Assembly: GCA_002633005.1 (NCBI GenBank)
Contig: NMRA01000035.1
Coordinates: 248,001 to 312,000, forward strand
Source of the DNA: Phoronis australis
Taxonomy: Eukaryota; Animalia; Phoronida
Reading direction: 5' to 3'
DNA: 64,000 nucleotides
Shown piece by piece: positions 23,480 to 37,390 of this stretch. A program made the position numbers and the translations under genes. How positions within the stretch are numbered: position 1 is the first letter of the stretch; every line of letters starts with the position of its first letter. The notes beneath the pieces were generated by a model. That model searched no databases, was not told where the DNA came from, and was given only the letters and a program-made list of their open reading frames with translations.

Positions 23480-26400
23480 GAAACCTACGCCATGGCAGAG
23501 GGGGCACGGGGGTTTCCACAAAGTCTACTTCTGAACGGGCCTTCTGAATAAATTACCCATCAAAGCCATACTTAAGGGTTTCATGTGCTTTCTCTCGATT
23601 TCTTTTGCCAAATGTTTTGCAACGAGCTTGGAAACTACAATAGCTGAGGAAGTTAAACCCGTCATTTAATGCCATTTACATAGACTATTTGAGGACGTCT
23701 CATCTGAGTGCAGACTCTTATAGATTATTGTGAAAAGTTATTCGACAGCGATGGCACACCAAAAGGACTCGTGTTTTTGAAATCGATGAAATGGCCAAAT
23801 TCTTCTCATCCAGGATAATCATGTTGGTAAGATAGTAGCTGTCGTATTCCCAAATAGCCAGGACTGCTTTGGAAGAAATTCAGTATTCACAACCGTTTGG
23901 TAAACAGGAATTCAGCATTAGTGTCTTCATAATCCATCCCATGGGATGGAAAGTGTTGGTACATACAAGGTAATCGCGCAATAAGACCCAGTTTGAGTTG
24001 GAGAGTTCGATAAACTGTCGTGCATGCCTGCACGGGACATTTCCAAGATTGCACATTCAGAATTTTTCGTGTCATTCGCTGTGTGCCAAGGAGATTCGGA
24101 CTAACGAAAGTATCAGATCCGTAGAGTTCACTACCTGTGGGGCACAGATTGCAACGCATCTCAAAGGACTGTTCGCGACACTTCCCAGTTTGTGCCGAGT
24201 ATGGTGATGGTTGTTTTGTCTGTCTTTATCAATGTTCTCTTTCAGGTATTTGATTCTGCAGCAGGTATCGCAACTTCCATGGGTGAAGTTCCGTTTGCAG
24301 CGCCTCAGTTTACAGGTGTCGACTTGGTACCCATCTCATCACGCTACACCTGCCACACAATAAGACAGCGCGAGTGCATCTTATGCGTCATTTTCTTCAT
24401 TCAGTTCTGGTTTGTAGCTTGGCGTTACTCCAACACCTTCAACCGCAGTGCTGCGTCTCTGGAGACTCATCGCCCGGGGAACGTCGTAGAATAGATGCTT
24501 TCTACGTTGGAATTTCGTTTCGCCATTAACACAGTGCAATGGAGTGGCAGTTGAGGCTAGTGTTTTATGCAGCCCATTGGTCACTCTTTCAGCAATTAAC
24601 TGTTAAGTGTTTTGTTAATTACTAGTGTTGCTTTAATACATCGAATTTCATGTAAATAGTTTAGACCATGTAAAGTTGTGTATATGATCTGTACATGTGT
24701 GGATTCTATGTAATATTTGTGCTTTGGTTATGCAATACATTAGTAAGCATAGAATTACTGCTGCTGTTTTCTTTATATCTCGTTCATTGTTTCTCAATTG
24801 CTCACTTGAGAATTATAGTAAAACTGTACAAGTCGCACTCTATAGTACTGAGAGCCGGACCCAATAGTACTGAGATTTTATCAGATTAAGGCAAAATTCG
24901 ACTTGATGGCCCAAAGCACGAATGAACACGCACCATGGAATTTTGTTGCAATTTAAATAAGTGAAAATCATACTTCTGCATGTCCATCTTTTGTGAGTAT
25001 TGCTGTTTATGCAGATACTATGGCACTTGTTCAATTCGTATTCAGCTACCACGGGTTTGGCGTCGTCATCAAATCCACTCGGAATTTACAAAGGAAGGTA
25101 AAATTGTAAATCATGTTTATTATATTATGTTATGTACAAAATCAAATGTACAATATTGCTAAATACAACAAAACTTGTTGTAAACTATGCGCCTTGACCA
25201 ATTGCTTGCGAAATGGTTGCAAGTTGTCAATCGGTCCTGAGATTTTGTGTTTCATCTAATAAAATTTCTCTCGCGCAAAATAGATGCATCGTGTAGGTAG
25301 ACATATACCATTCAGTTACTGACCTTTACATCACATCATTCGAAAAAGATTTTGTGGGCGCAGATTTCTTGGTACATAATAGGTGACAATGATCACTTGG
25401 TGATTCTAAAGACCTCTCTTGGGTAACAGTATTCACTAGGTGGTGCTAAAGACCCCTCTTCAGCGTCTGGGCTCCATTTCATGAAACATTTAGTCTAAAC
25501 TCTGCCAACCAAATGACAATGCTGCCATTTCATCACGCATCCTGTTGCGCTTGTTGAACAATGTTGTTGACATGCCAACAATTAAACTTGAGACTTCAAG
25601 TTTCATGAAATGAAGCTCTGAATAGATTCAGAGCAGCATGGGATCATCTATGGGCCTACGTATCTGAAAGGATTATTAGGGGCATGTCTTTCAAGTCTGG
25701 GTAAAAACCAGTCTAATTGGGCTAAGGGGTAAGTCAAAAGATGGAAATCTGTATCCTGCTCAAGAACAGACTAAAAAGTCAACTTTTCACTACGACTTCA
25801 AGAAACAGGATCCCTGAATGCCATTGTTTATAAAGTTACGATCGTTGACTCATGAGCACTACCTAATAAATTTTGAGTTGCACATTGTATAATTTCTAGA
25901 AGGTGCACCAACCTGTTGACTGATTTGGGTCATTTTGTTCCTCGCATTAGATGTTATTTCTAAGCTTGAAAAGAACTTGACTGGTATATTTTTGCTTCAG
26001 AGGAGACTCATTAGGCCTAGTGGCGGGTTAGTTGCAGTCAACAAAATGATTCCAGGCATTTAGTTCTATTCAAACGAGGCTTAAGACTGCAACGACATTA
26101 GTTTGAAAGAGCAAACAAGCTTATACAGACCATGGCTTCAAACTGCTACGAAAAATGTGATGCTTGTAAAAATACTTTTTGAAAACTCATCACATAAATA
26201 AATTAGTAAGCCTGTTTAAAATAGCTGCTTGAAACCATAAACTTTCTGTCATGTTCCTGTTGCCACATAGTCAAACAACACAATGTGAACGTGTCATTAA
26301 AGCTATGGTTTTGATCAAAAGACCCAAGTTTTGATTTAAGCCACTTGGTCTTGAATTGTTCCTTCAAGCTGGAGGTAATTTCGGGGCTTTAAAAGAATCG

Positions 26401-27805
26401 CCAGCTTATTATTTTTTCAGATTAAACTCAAAATTTTTGTGTCACTTCTTCCCAAGCCCTGAGGTCACCTCTAAACTGGTCGAGGATCAACATTAGACCA
26501 ATTTTATAATGGCAAGTGACGTAAACCTGAACGGGTTTGGTTTAATGCTATTTGAATTCCGAATTTCTGAAGGTCTAACTGATGCTATTGGTGGAGATAC
26601 ATCTACTTCAAATTTGTAGGCACAATTCCTGGCCCAATTGTAAAACAAAATAACACGTTTATCATGGGTGAAATTGAAAGCCATCAGGAACCTGAAATGT
26701 CTTCGTCGAGATGACAAATAAGGGAGCCAAAAACAGGTGCACGCATCTACACTCACAGGTACAAGCATCTATACTCGTAGGCACACAATGCAGATTTACT
26801 GACCATGAGCATTGGGGGAAAGCAAAACTGATCGTTCCTCATATGGACTGAATTTTCTGCCCAGGAGCAGACATCAAGTGTTCATCACTCGTTTGAAGAC
26901 ATGTCCTTTAGGCTAAGAAAATGCCTACACCAAACAAGCAAAAGATGGACGTTGTCACACAGATAATTCAATAAATTGATCCTCGGAGTCCATAGATATT
27001 TTTACAAGACACTCAGTTGTACCCTAGTGCCCAGAAATCCAGTATTCGAAAGGATTCTCAAATGAAGCACCCACGACTTGAGTGACGCATGTAGTCCTGA
27101 ATAACCAGCACTTGTTTTAAAGGATTGGCATAACAATACAGCTTGCACTTCTCCACAAGTTTATTGGAATTCCTTGAGTGGAAACAAAAAAGGGCCGCGA
27201 GTCCAGAGATATCCAGGAGTGATCTTTTTTTAGTAAGTGTTAAGTTAATAGTGAGAACAGATCAAAATGCCAAATGAATATATGTCCTGAGTACCATTCA
27301 TTTCCAGTTTCACGAACTACCGAGGTTCTTTTTAGAAAATTTGTTTGGCCTTGAATTGTCCAGATACGATGCATCACTGAGCCATACTACTGTCTCGGGT
27401 ATTTCATTCAGGGGTTGTCTATTCAGAATTCATAGAGGTTATAAACAGTTATCTTCTCAACCACGACCGTAAACCCTTCATTAAGCTGTGGCACAGGCCG
27501 TATGGCTAAGTAAGGCTAAGTGAATGGTTCATAATGAACTACTTTCACTGACCTTGCATGTCAATTTCAAAAGGCCGATTGTGCATGAACGATACCCATG
27601 ATATACAATGCGGACTAGATACCCCTTCCAAGCCCAAAATGTTCTGACCATGAACATTACAGAGCTGTCAAAGCCAAATGCTCGACAACTGCGTCAAAAG
27701 ACGCTAAACCTACTTGATTATAATGTAGACTTTTGATACTTGCACATAGAATCTATAGAAACTTTTTAAGTGATTACTATAAAATGACTTAAAATTGACT
27801 TTGTG

Positions 27806-30800
27806 TTAGCTCTTATCACTTTCTTTACCATTCAGCAATGTCTTCCTTTTTTCGTAAAGGTCCAGTATCCACGACTTGACTTTGGGATGTTGAAACGTTC
27901 CTGCAAAGAATACGAAAGTTAAAATACATCACCCTGAAATGAACACTGGTATCATTTATAGTGTGTAATGGAAACTGTGACTGTAGTTAATAAGTATCCT
28001 CAAAAAACCATTTAATCATTTGAAAATGAGCCAGAACTAGATATTCCCCAACAAGTTACAAATAAAAGGCTATTCTTGACTCTTCGTAACATAATTATGT
28101 AACTGGTGTTCGCTCAAAGCTACCTTTCACATGGTTTTATGAAACCAAGTACTTGAAAAAGACTTGCATTGACTGTGTGTGTGCGCGTGTGTGAGCGCGT
28201 GTGATAGCGTGCGTGTGTGTTTGCGTGCGTGCGTGCGTGCGTTATCTTGGATGGTATTTTGGTAACTTGTAAGACTGAAGTAAAACTAAAAAATATGAGA
28301 ATTGTTCATTTTGTTTCTAGGTTATTAGGTGACTTTCACTAAAAAATTGATTTGCTTCATTTTAACTGCATTATCTTGTGGCTGTGTATTGATTCCAGGA
28401 CTGTTTTGATACCCAAAAAATTGAAATGGGCCCAAACAAATTTTGAATGTGGGTGAAGTTAATCCCCGTATTTGGAAGAAAAGGGAAACACTGTCTTGCT
28501 TCAGACTAGTTTTTGAAAATCAACACTTAACTGCTAATATCCTTTCAACACCCAAATTACAAACATGGTCACTCAACCACACAAAATATGTTTTGAACCT
28601 TTCCATACCACAACAGAAAGTAACTTACACATGGAGAACAGAGCATTCAGGGGAATGCCAAACGAAATGAGTGTCAAAATGTAATTCACAAGGTTGAAGA
28701 CCCCTTCCAAAATAGACAGCTTTATAGTGTAGGTGATCATTACCAACTGTTATGAAGGCAAGGAAAACTGAGATTGGTTTGTTTGAGGTAAATCGGCTCA
28801 TGTTTTGGCTACAAATAGGAAGTAGATGCCATTTTAAATCCATGTACAAGAGATTTACCAAAGTAAACAACGTAAAATAAAAAGAACTTGGTGAAGCATG
28901 AGTTTTTATATTGAATTTTGAGCAGATAATGTTGATGCAATTGGGTGTGGATAAAGTCGAAATTGCAAACTTCAAACTGGAACAAATCAGCGGCAATGAT
29001 TCTTCCAGTTAAAGTAGTCTCTGAATTCCATTTGGGTGGCCCGTAGTTTTATCATGTGTAATGAGGAATACTAATTATATTAAATGAATTGAAGGGCTCG
29101 TCCAAAAAAGGAATCAGGGGCTTCAAATGGGATGTTATCAGTGTAACGTAATACATGATTTTCTGAATTGGCTTTCTGACCATTGGTGACTTTTTTCACC
29201 AGCAGTTTTGGATACTACATCTGACCTAGGATTACTCATGGGCAATGCAGCACTGAAAAAAGTGCGTAGGGGCTGTAGCCCCCCAAACCCCCTATGGTGC
29301 GCCGCCCATGTTACTACGCCAGGACATTCCATACATAACAGCACTGTGTAGCCCAGTATTGTACTTGTGTCTCATCCTTAATAGCAACTAATCAATAAAT
29401 AACGGATTTAGGCTACACCAAGAGCTGTTACATCCAGCGATACCTTTTGTTGATTCAAAGAAGTCCTGTAATTCACCAGGTCTCTTCTGTTCTTTTTCGT
29501 ACTCGTATGCTTGAAGGACCATCTCAAATCTGTCGAGATCTTTCACAAATTTGGCTTCTTCAGTCTTCTGCAACTCGTATTCCTAAAACAGCAATGGTAA
29601 AATTTAATGTAGTTGACTTAATATGCAGGAGCCTGTCATCACTGTGGCTGAGGGGCAGGTGATTCATTATCATATATTACAGTTTCAGTATGATGTCGAA
29701 ATTAATATTATATTAATGTGCTGAAAACTGATTTCAGCGAAAAATATTACAGTAAAATCTCTCCAGTTTAAGATAGCCTTTAAATTTGGGACATGGAAAT
29801 TCAAGCAGTAATTGAATTTTCGTGATTCTGAAGATTGGGACATGGCTGATTTTGGCATTCATAATTGTGCTTCTCAAACTTTGTATTAACGGAGTCCGAA
29901 AATAAACCTGGCAGTTCAGAAAATTGTCAAAAATAGCTACCAATGCAGCCTTTGCATGCGTCCACTTAGTGCGTAATATTGAGGTGAATGATTGTTTGAC
30001 ACTAACTGTTATTGTTAAATTCAGGATGGCCAAAATTGGGTACAAGTTCTGACTTTAAGTAAAATAATTTTCACTGTCCCAAACTGGAGAATTGTCCACC
30101 AGGTACTCTAATGCCACATAAAGATAAAGCGTTCTTCATAATGCATAATGACCACGGTGTAATCTCAGAGACTTCAATAACTGGACATGCTATTATCATC
30201 GATTTGAGTATGGTAGTTCACAAAGAGAGCAAAGAAGTGAAGACAAATGACTTGATTCCTTAAGCAACTCTTATTTAATCACAGAACAAGGATTTGCGGT
30301 TCACTCATGAAATCTGACCACACTTAGGAAGTGAGCTGTATGCATGACTACTGAGGATGGTCTACCAAGACGAAAATGCATTATGTCACCATGGACTTTT
30401 ACAAACATACACACCCAATAAGATATCAGTACAAGCATCAAATGAAAATCAGACGAATATTGCTGTACTGGTTTTCACCACGGATGTCTCCAGAATTACC
30501 GGGTATGTCAGTGGATGATAGCTACTACACTAAGTTCTGCACAATGTTACTATATCTATACTTTCGCACCATAAAGAGTATTGTGTATCCAAGCACGTTT
30601 TACATTCGACTTCAGGATATAAAAAAATATTCCGAGTAACAAACCTCAAAAAGGTTGAGAAGTTCCTGGCCTAGTTCTTGACTGACGAGGCTGGAAATGT
30701 GCTGCATAGCTTCCTGAAACAGAACAGTGTAAAATGCTAGATACATACACACATAAGACCACCGAGGTTTATCCTCTACTGGCTCCTGCAGCAAAAGTTA

Positions 30801-33800
30801 CACAATGCATAAAATTAAAATTAATAGAAAAATTACCAGCAACTTAAAGTTGCAAGATACCTTTAAAAGTACATGAGATGTTTACTTCTCCAAGAACATT
30901 CGAAAGCATTTGGAAGCTATGTTGCTAAATGCCAGGAGTTCACATGACAAGTTTGAACTTTGAATCATTTTACCATGTGATGGCCAGAAGTGCCGGATTC
31001 AATCGAATCCTCAAATATTTCCTTCTAATTCTCCAATGACATAGTAATTAGTACAATTTTTTTACAAATAGTTTATGACCCAATTCAATTATTGTGCTGA
31101 GCTATGTTACCAGAAACCTCCATTAAAGGGTTAAGTTCCATTCTCTAGGGATACAGTACTTGAACCAACAGGGAAGCACATTGCGATAAAATNTGTGGAT
31201 AAAGTCGAAATTGCAAATTTAAAACTGGAACAAATCAGTGGCAACGATTCTTCCAGTTAAAGTAGTCTCTGAATTCCATTCGGGTGGTCCGTAGTTTTAT
31301 CACGTGTAATGAGGAATGCTAATTATATTAAATGAATTGAAGGGCTCTTCCAAAAAAGGAACCAGGGGCTTCAAATGGGATGTTGTCAGTGTAACGTAAT
31401 ACATGATTTTCTGAATTGGCTTTCTGACCATTGGTGACTTTTTTCACCAGCAGTTTTGGATACTACATCTGACCTAGGATTACTCATGGGCGACGCAGCA
31501 CTGAAAAAAGGGCGTATGGGGCTGTAGCCCCCCGAACCTCCTATGGTGCGCCGCCCATGTTACTACGCCAGAAATTCCATACATAACAGCACTGTGTAGC
31601 CCAGTATTGCACTTGTGTCTTATCCTTAATAGCAACTAATCAATAAATAACGGATTTAGGCTACACCAAGAGCTGTTACAGCCAATGATACCTTTTGTTG
31701 ATTCAAAGAAGTCTTGTAATTCGCCAGGTCTCTTCTGTTCTTTTTCGTACTCGTATGCTTGAAGGACCATCTCAAATCTGTCGAGATCTTTCACAAATTT
31801 GGCTTCTTCAGTCTTCTGCAACTCGTATTCCTATAACAGCAATGGTAAAATTTAATATATTTGACTAAATAAGCAGAAGCCAGTCATCACTGTGGCTGAG
31901 GGGCAGGTGATTCATTATATATTACAGTTTCAGTATGATGTCGAAATTAATATTATATTAATGTGCTCAAAACTGATTTCAGCGAAAAATATTACGGTAA
32001 AATCTCTCCAGTTTGGGTAGCCTTTAACTTTGGGACATGGAAATTCAAGAAGTAATTGAACTTTCGTGATTCTGAAGATTGGGACACGGCTGATTTTGGC
32101 ATTCATAATTGTGCTTCTCAAACCTTCATTTAACGGAGTCCGAAAATAAACATGGCAGGTCAAAAAATTGTCAAAAATAGCTACCAATGCAGCCTTTGCA
32201 TGCGTCCACTTAGTGTGTAATATTGATGTGAATGATTGTCACTAACTGTTATTGTTAAATTCAGGATGGCCAGTATTGCCTAGTTCTAAAATTGGGTACA
32301 AGTTCTGACTTTAAGTAAAATAATTTTCACTGTCCCAAACTGGAGAACATAGTCCATCAGGTACTCTATTGCCACGTAAAGATAAAGCATACTTCATAAT
32401 GCATAATGACCACGGTGTAATCTCAGAGACTTCAATAACTGGACATGCTATTATCATCGATTTGAGTATGGTAGTTCACAAAGAGAGCAAAGAAGTGAAG
32501 ACAAATGACTTGATTCGTTAAGCAACTCTTATTTAATCATCGAACAAGGATTTGCGGTTCACTCATGAAATCTGACCACACTTAGGAAGTGAGCTGTATG
32601 CATGACTACTGAGGATGGTCTACCAAGACGAAAATGCATTATGTCACCATGGACTTTTACAAACATACACACCCAATAAGATATCAGTACAAGCATCAAA
32701 TGAAAATCAGACAAATATTGCTGTACTGGTTTTCACCACGGATGTCTCCAGAATTACCGGGTATGTCAGTGGATGATAGCTACTACACTAAGTTCTGCAC
32801 AATGTTACTATATCTATACTTTCGCACCATAAAGAGTATTGTGTATCCAAGCACGTTTTACATTCGACTTCAGGATATAAAAAAATATTCCGAGTAACAA
32901 ACCTCAAAAAGGTTGAGAAGTTCCTGGCCTAGTTCTTGACTGACGAGGCTGGAAATGTGCTGCATAGCTTCCTGAAACAGAACAGTGTAAAATGCTAGAC
33001 ACATACACACATAAGACCACCGAGGTTTATCCTCTACTGGCTCCTGCAGCAAAAGTTACACAATGCATAAAATTAAAATTAATAGAAAAATTACCAGCAA
33101 CTTAAAGTTGCAAGATACCTTTAAAAGTACATGAGATTTTTACTTCTCCAAGAACATTCGAAAGCATTTGGAAGCTATGTTGCTAAATGCCAGGAGTTCA
33201 CATGACAGGTTTGAACTTTGAATCATTTTACCTTGTGATGGCCAGAAGTGCCGGATTCAATCGAATCCTCAAATATTTCCTTCTAATTCTCCAATGACAT
33301 AGTAATTAGTACAATTTTTTTACAAATAGTTTATGACCCAATTCAATTATTGTGCTGAGCTATGTTACCAAAAACCTCCATTAAAGGGTTAAGTTCCATT
33401 ATCTAGGGATACAGTACTTGAACCAACAGGGAAGCACATTGCGATAAAATTCGTGGTTATGGGTCAATTTTGAAATTTCAGATATTTAAACGTTTGTATT
33501 TTATGAAATTTTCACAGTACTGTCACTAACGTTGTTTGAAAATGCATGTTAAACAAACACAGGCATGTTGGAGTATTATCAAAAATTCTTCAAACGATGA
33601 TGTAAGTAAGCATCTTTTTCTACTATCTAAAACATGGCCTTCATTTGGAGAATATTGCGGCAAGAAACTTAACAACTAAAACATCACGACATGCAGTAAC
33701 CTCTTACGAATTCTCGCTTGCATTTCTCTTCCTTGCTCACACCACAAGATGGCGTCAGGTCTCCCACAATGCTCTCAGCCATATCGTGCACCAAGGCAAT

Positions 33801-36800
33801 CTTTATACACCTGAAGGAGAGAATCATGTTGTCAAACTCAAAGCAGTTAAACTGTCATAATATGTATCAGGTTAACCTCATGTCTAGTATGAGGGCAAAG
33901 TACCTGGGGGGTCTAAAAAATCGGGTATAGGTATGCCACCTGTGGGGTCAAAATAGATTCAGACCTACAAACGAATCATGAAAAAGGCCACCCATATCAA
34001 TGCCAGAAGTCTTAGAATATACACCCACTTTGATACCTGGCTAAAAACTGGCCCATCTTGATATTAAAATTTTGGCAAAAGACCTGACCCATTTCAGCAG
34101 TACACATGCAATATCCCGTGCCATAAAAGAGATCCCCCAGGCAAAGAACCAGCCTATTACCTTCTGTCTAACAGTCACTGAGTCAGTAGTACATGAAATA
34201 AACCAAGAAGCACTAAGACAATTTTGAATGTACCGTAACATACACGAACCCGAGGGAGAATGGCGACGGGGTGGCAGCATCAATTAATTGGTAAACAATA
34301 TACAGCACATAAAGCATATCCAACGCTGGTCAGTCTAAATACATGATTGAGAAGTGAAAAGATAGACCTATCTCTATTGAGTCCATCTTTTTCATCGACC
34401 AAGAAGGAGAGTACAGCCATCCTATACATATGCTCTGCTACACTCTCTGGGTGGTCAACATTCCGTAGACGCCAACCAGCCCGTACAGTCCTCTGGAAAA
34501 AGAAATACTTGTGAGGCTCTGCATTTAAATAACCACATGCTTTTAAAAACAACTCACGACTGAAACAATTAACATGCAACGTTAACAACGTAATAGATGG
34601 GGTGGGGGACTTTCCATACTGGTGCTCTCTAGAGTAATGAGAGCATGAAAGTGACTTCCGATTGATCTCGACTCAGAGATGTTGGACAGAAATCCAATTA
34701 CTACATTTCATAAATGAATAAACTCCACTGTCACTCACATGGTTTGAATTGTTAATTCCTAAGTTATTTTAGGTTTCTGCTATTTTCGGCTTACACAGAA
34801 CTGGACCAATTTGTTGGAAATGAAGAAAGCAATTGTAATCGTGACTGGTCTGTAAACATGACAAGTTTAATTGACTGGATTGGCCAGCATGAATTGGTGA
34901 ACAAAACAGCTGCTACTAGTACTTGAACCCCATATCACTGGAGGGGAACTCAGGGTCAATTTCGAGTTATTCTGAGAAAGAGGGAGAGGAATTTGTTAGA
35001 ATATGCTTGAATATGACACCATATAGGTTTGGTAAGGAAGTAAACCAAATACCACACCTTTAGATGTCCCACTAGACTCATGAACTCCAGCAATTTCGTT
35101 CCGCTCGCCATCTCCCGAACTGTGTCTGAGCATCTGTGCTCAGCTGAAATTTCCTACCCGATAGATGGCGCTCAGTTCATCCAAAATGGCGCTGTCCATG
35201 AGGTTATCGGTTTTAGGTTTTCGACAACAGTTTAAGCGTTTAACTGCGTATTTTAGCACTGACAGCGAAACAGGTGAAGTACATTCAAAAGGTAATCCAG
35301 CGAAGGTATTCTTATTATAAAAATCATGGGATAAATCGTTTAAATTGACTTGAACTTAGGAATTGGGCCTTCGTCAGCGGCCTTGCCGCTGGTTTACACC
35401 TTAATTTCCAAAAAGAAGAGAGAAAAAGAGCGCAGGCGTGATGCCTTTTGCGGTACACCATGCGTGTTTAGGCCAGAAGGCCTGGCCCATTACAGGTTGG
35501 CGTCTAGATCCCTGCGGTTATCTGTCTTCAGACGTAGTAAAAGTGTATGCACTACGATAGCCAGCCAGCTAGCTGTATAGTCCGATTACCTCTCGTCGTC
35601 AGTCTCCAAAGGTCGTCCGCCATCTTGTTTCGCGTGCAGCGCTGCCACGCGGGACTTAGCGTTCCAATTTGGAACGCTCGTCTGCACGTTAGGTACTAAC
35701 CTCTCGGGAGAAACACGCATGGAAGAACTGAGACTAAAATTAATGCATTTACCGACTGTTTTTTTGAGACCACTTAAAAACTTGTTGATTTTACTAATGC
35801 ACTTTTTTGTTCATTTTCAGAAGATATTTTCGAAATTAAATTTTCTTCAGACGGAACAAAAAGCAACCCAGGGATTGTTTATGCAATGTATCTATTTGTC
35901 CCAGGCACTAACCGACATCTGTTAGGCCAAAGGAAAAACGCAGCAGACAAATGGAACACGCTGGGTGCTTAACAGTTTCGGCCCACGCCTTGGTCATCAA
36001 AATATTGTTCACTTGTTTTTTTATNAATACATGACTGAGAAGTGAAAAGACAGACCTATCTCTATTGAGTCCATCTTTTTCATCCACCAAGAAGGAGAGT
36101 ACAGCCATCCTATACATATGCTCTGCTACACTCTCTGGGTGGTTAACATTCCGTAGACGCCAACCAGCCCGTACAGTCCTCTGGAAAACGAAATACTTGT
36201 GAGGCTCTGCATTTAAATAACCACATACTTTTAAAAACAACTCATGACTGAAACAATTAACATGCAACGTTAACAACGTAATAGATGGGGTGGGGGACTT
36301 TCCGTACTGGCGCTCTCTAGAGTAATGAGAGCATGAAAGTGACTTCCGATTGATCTCGACTCAGATTTGGTGGACAGAAATTCAATTATTACATTTCATA
36401 AATGAATAAACTCCACTGTCACTCACATATTTTGAATTGTTAGTTCCCAAGTTATTTTAGGTTTCTGCTGTATTGGTTTACACAGAGCTGGACCATTTTG
36501 TTGGAAATGATGAAAGCATTGTAATCACGACTGCAGAGTAGGTCTGTAAACATGACAAGTTTAATTGACTCAGTGGCAGATCTACGATTTCAGTAAGGGG
36601 GGGTTTAGGATTCGAAAGAATCCGAGGCGCGTAGCGCCGAGGAGAAGGAAGGTCGCGAGAGGGTTTCCCTCCTCCCGTGTAAGATTTTTTGGGATTTTTA
36701 GTAGCTAATTTCGTTTTTCTGGCGATTTTTTTCCAGTTTTTATTTTTTATCCTGTCCCGAGGGGGGGGGTTTAAACCCCCTGAACCCCCCCTGTAGATCC

Positions 36801-37324
36801 GCCTCTGTGACTGGATTGGCCAGCATGAATTGGAGGAAACAAAACTTTGGCAGCTGCTAGTTGAACCCCACATCACTTGAACCTTGGGAACTCAGGGTCA
36901 TCCAGTTCAGTCTTGTATATGTATTTATATTTATATGTAGGCTTAATCAATAGCAAGTACTCCAAATATCAAAAATTTCTACGGTCAATGTGTCCGTCAT
37001 CAATAACACCAGTGTAAAACATGGTAAGCAGTAGTGCTGATTGCAGGATAGGCTTAGTGTAAACCCGTAGAATCTAGGCCTGAAATGCAATTTGACCGTG
37101 TTCAGACGCCAGCTGAACTGGTTGGCGACTAGTTAACGGTAGGCCCCAATAGTCCCCAGCTACTGCGTTCAACTTCGAGTTATTCTGAGAAAGAGGGAGA
37201 GGAATTTGTTAGAATATGCTGGAATATGACACCATATAGGTTTGGTAAGGAAGTAAACCAAATACCTCACCTTTAGATGTCCCACTAGACTCATGAACTC
37301 CAGCAATTTCGTTCCGCTCGCCAT
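27806..37324 (-). CDS. HDDC2: HD domain-containing protein 2 (5'-deoxynucleotidase), 6 exons, 194 aa
   Basis: Exons 37271-37324 (MASGTKLLEFMSLVGHLK), 36056-36180 (RTVRAGW..ESVAEHMYRMA), 33708-33810 (IALVHDMAESIVGDLTP), 32903-32971, 31692-31830 (KFVKDLDRFEMVLQAYEYE), 27806-27900; GT-AG, phases consistent, 585 nt; H..HD..D metal ligands present. Exons 1, 2, 4 and 5 have second copies. Confidence 0.95.
28174..28241. repeat. (GT)/(GTGC)n microsatellite
   Basis: Direct reading. Confidence 0.9.
29237..29310. mobile_element. 74-bp MITE with 5-bp TSD (second copy 31485-31559)
   Basis: TIR CATGGGC(G)...(C)GCCCATG flanked by TTACT on both sides. Confidence 0.75.
29444..30713 (-). other. HDDC2: Second copy of HDDC2 exons 4 (30645-30713) and 5 (29444-29582)
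   Basis: Same translation as 32903-32971 and 31692-31830 with intact splice sites, inside duplication 28946-31192. Confidence 0.9.
34368..35111 (-). other. HDDC2: Second copy of HDDC2 exons 1 (35058-35111) and 2 (34368-34492)
   Basis: Near-identical to 37271-37324 and 36056-36180 (NVDHP versus NVNHP; donor GTGTGG versus GTGAGG). Confidence 0.9.
35178..35291 (+). other. MRPS28: Second copy of the MRPS28 exon 1 region
   Basis: ATGGCGCTGTCCATGAGG...TCAAAAG|GTAATC, near-identical to 37391-37496. Confidence 0.85.
36571..36807. mobile_element. 237-bp non-autonomous DNA transposon with 5-bp TSD (hAT5-like)
   Basis: TIRs CAGTGGCAGATCTAC / GTAGATCCGCCTCTG, TSD TGACT; empty site at ~34872 in the other copy. 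Confidence 0.9.
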
Positions 37325-37390
37325 CTCTCGAACTGTGTCTGTGATCAGCTGAAATTTCCTACCCGATAGATGGCGCTCAGTTCATCCAAA
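37325..37390. promoter_or_regulatory. Bidirectional promoter/5' UTR interval of HDDC2 and MRPS28
   Basis: 66 bp between divergent ATGs; three ATGGCG (YY1-core-like) motifs and a CTCF-like CCGATAGATGGCGC at 37363-37376. Confidence 0.75.

Larger units (their letters stand above)
28946..33450. repeat. Tandem duplication A (28946-31192 / 31194-33450), junction at N 31193
   Basis: About 2.25 kb near-identical copies with scattered substitutions and small indels. Confidence 0.95.

Noticed and set aside
29444-36180. Mutually exclusive or tandemly duplicated exons in HDDC2
   Set aside because: Introns are duplicated as well and junctions coincide with Ns, so assembly artefact is more likely.
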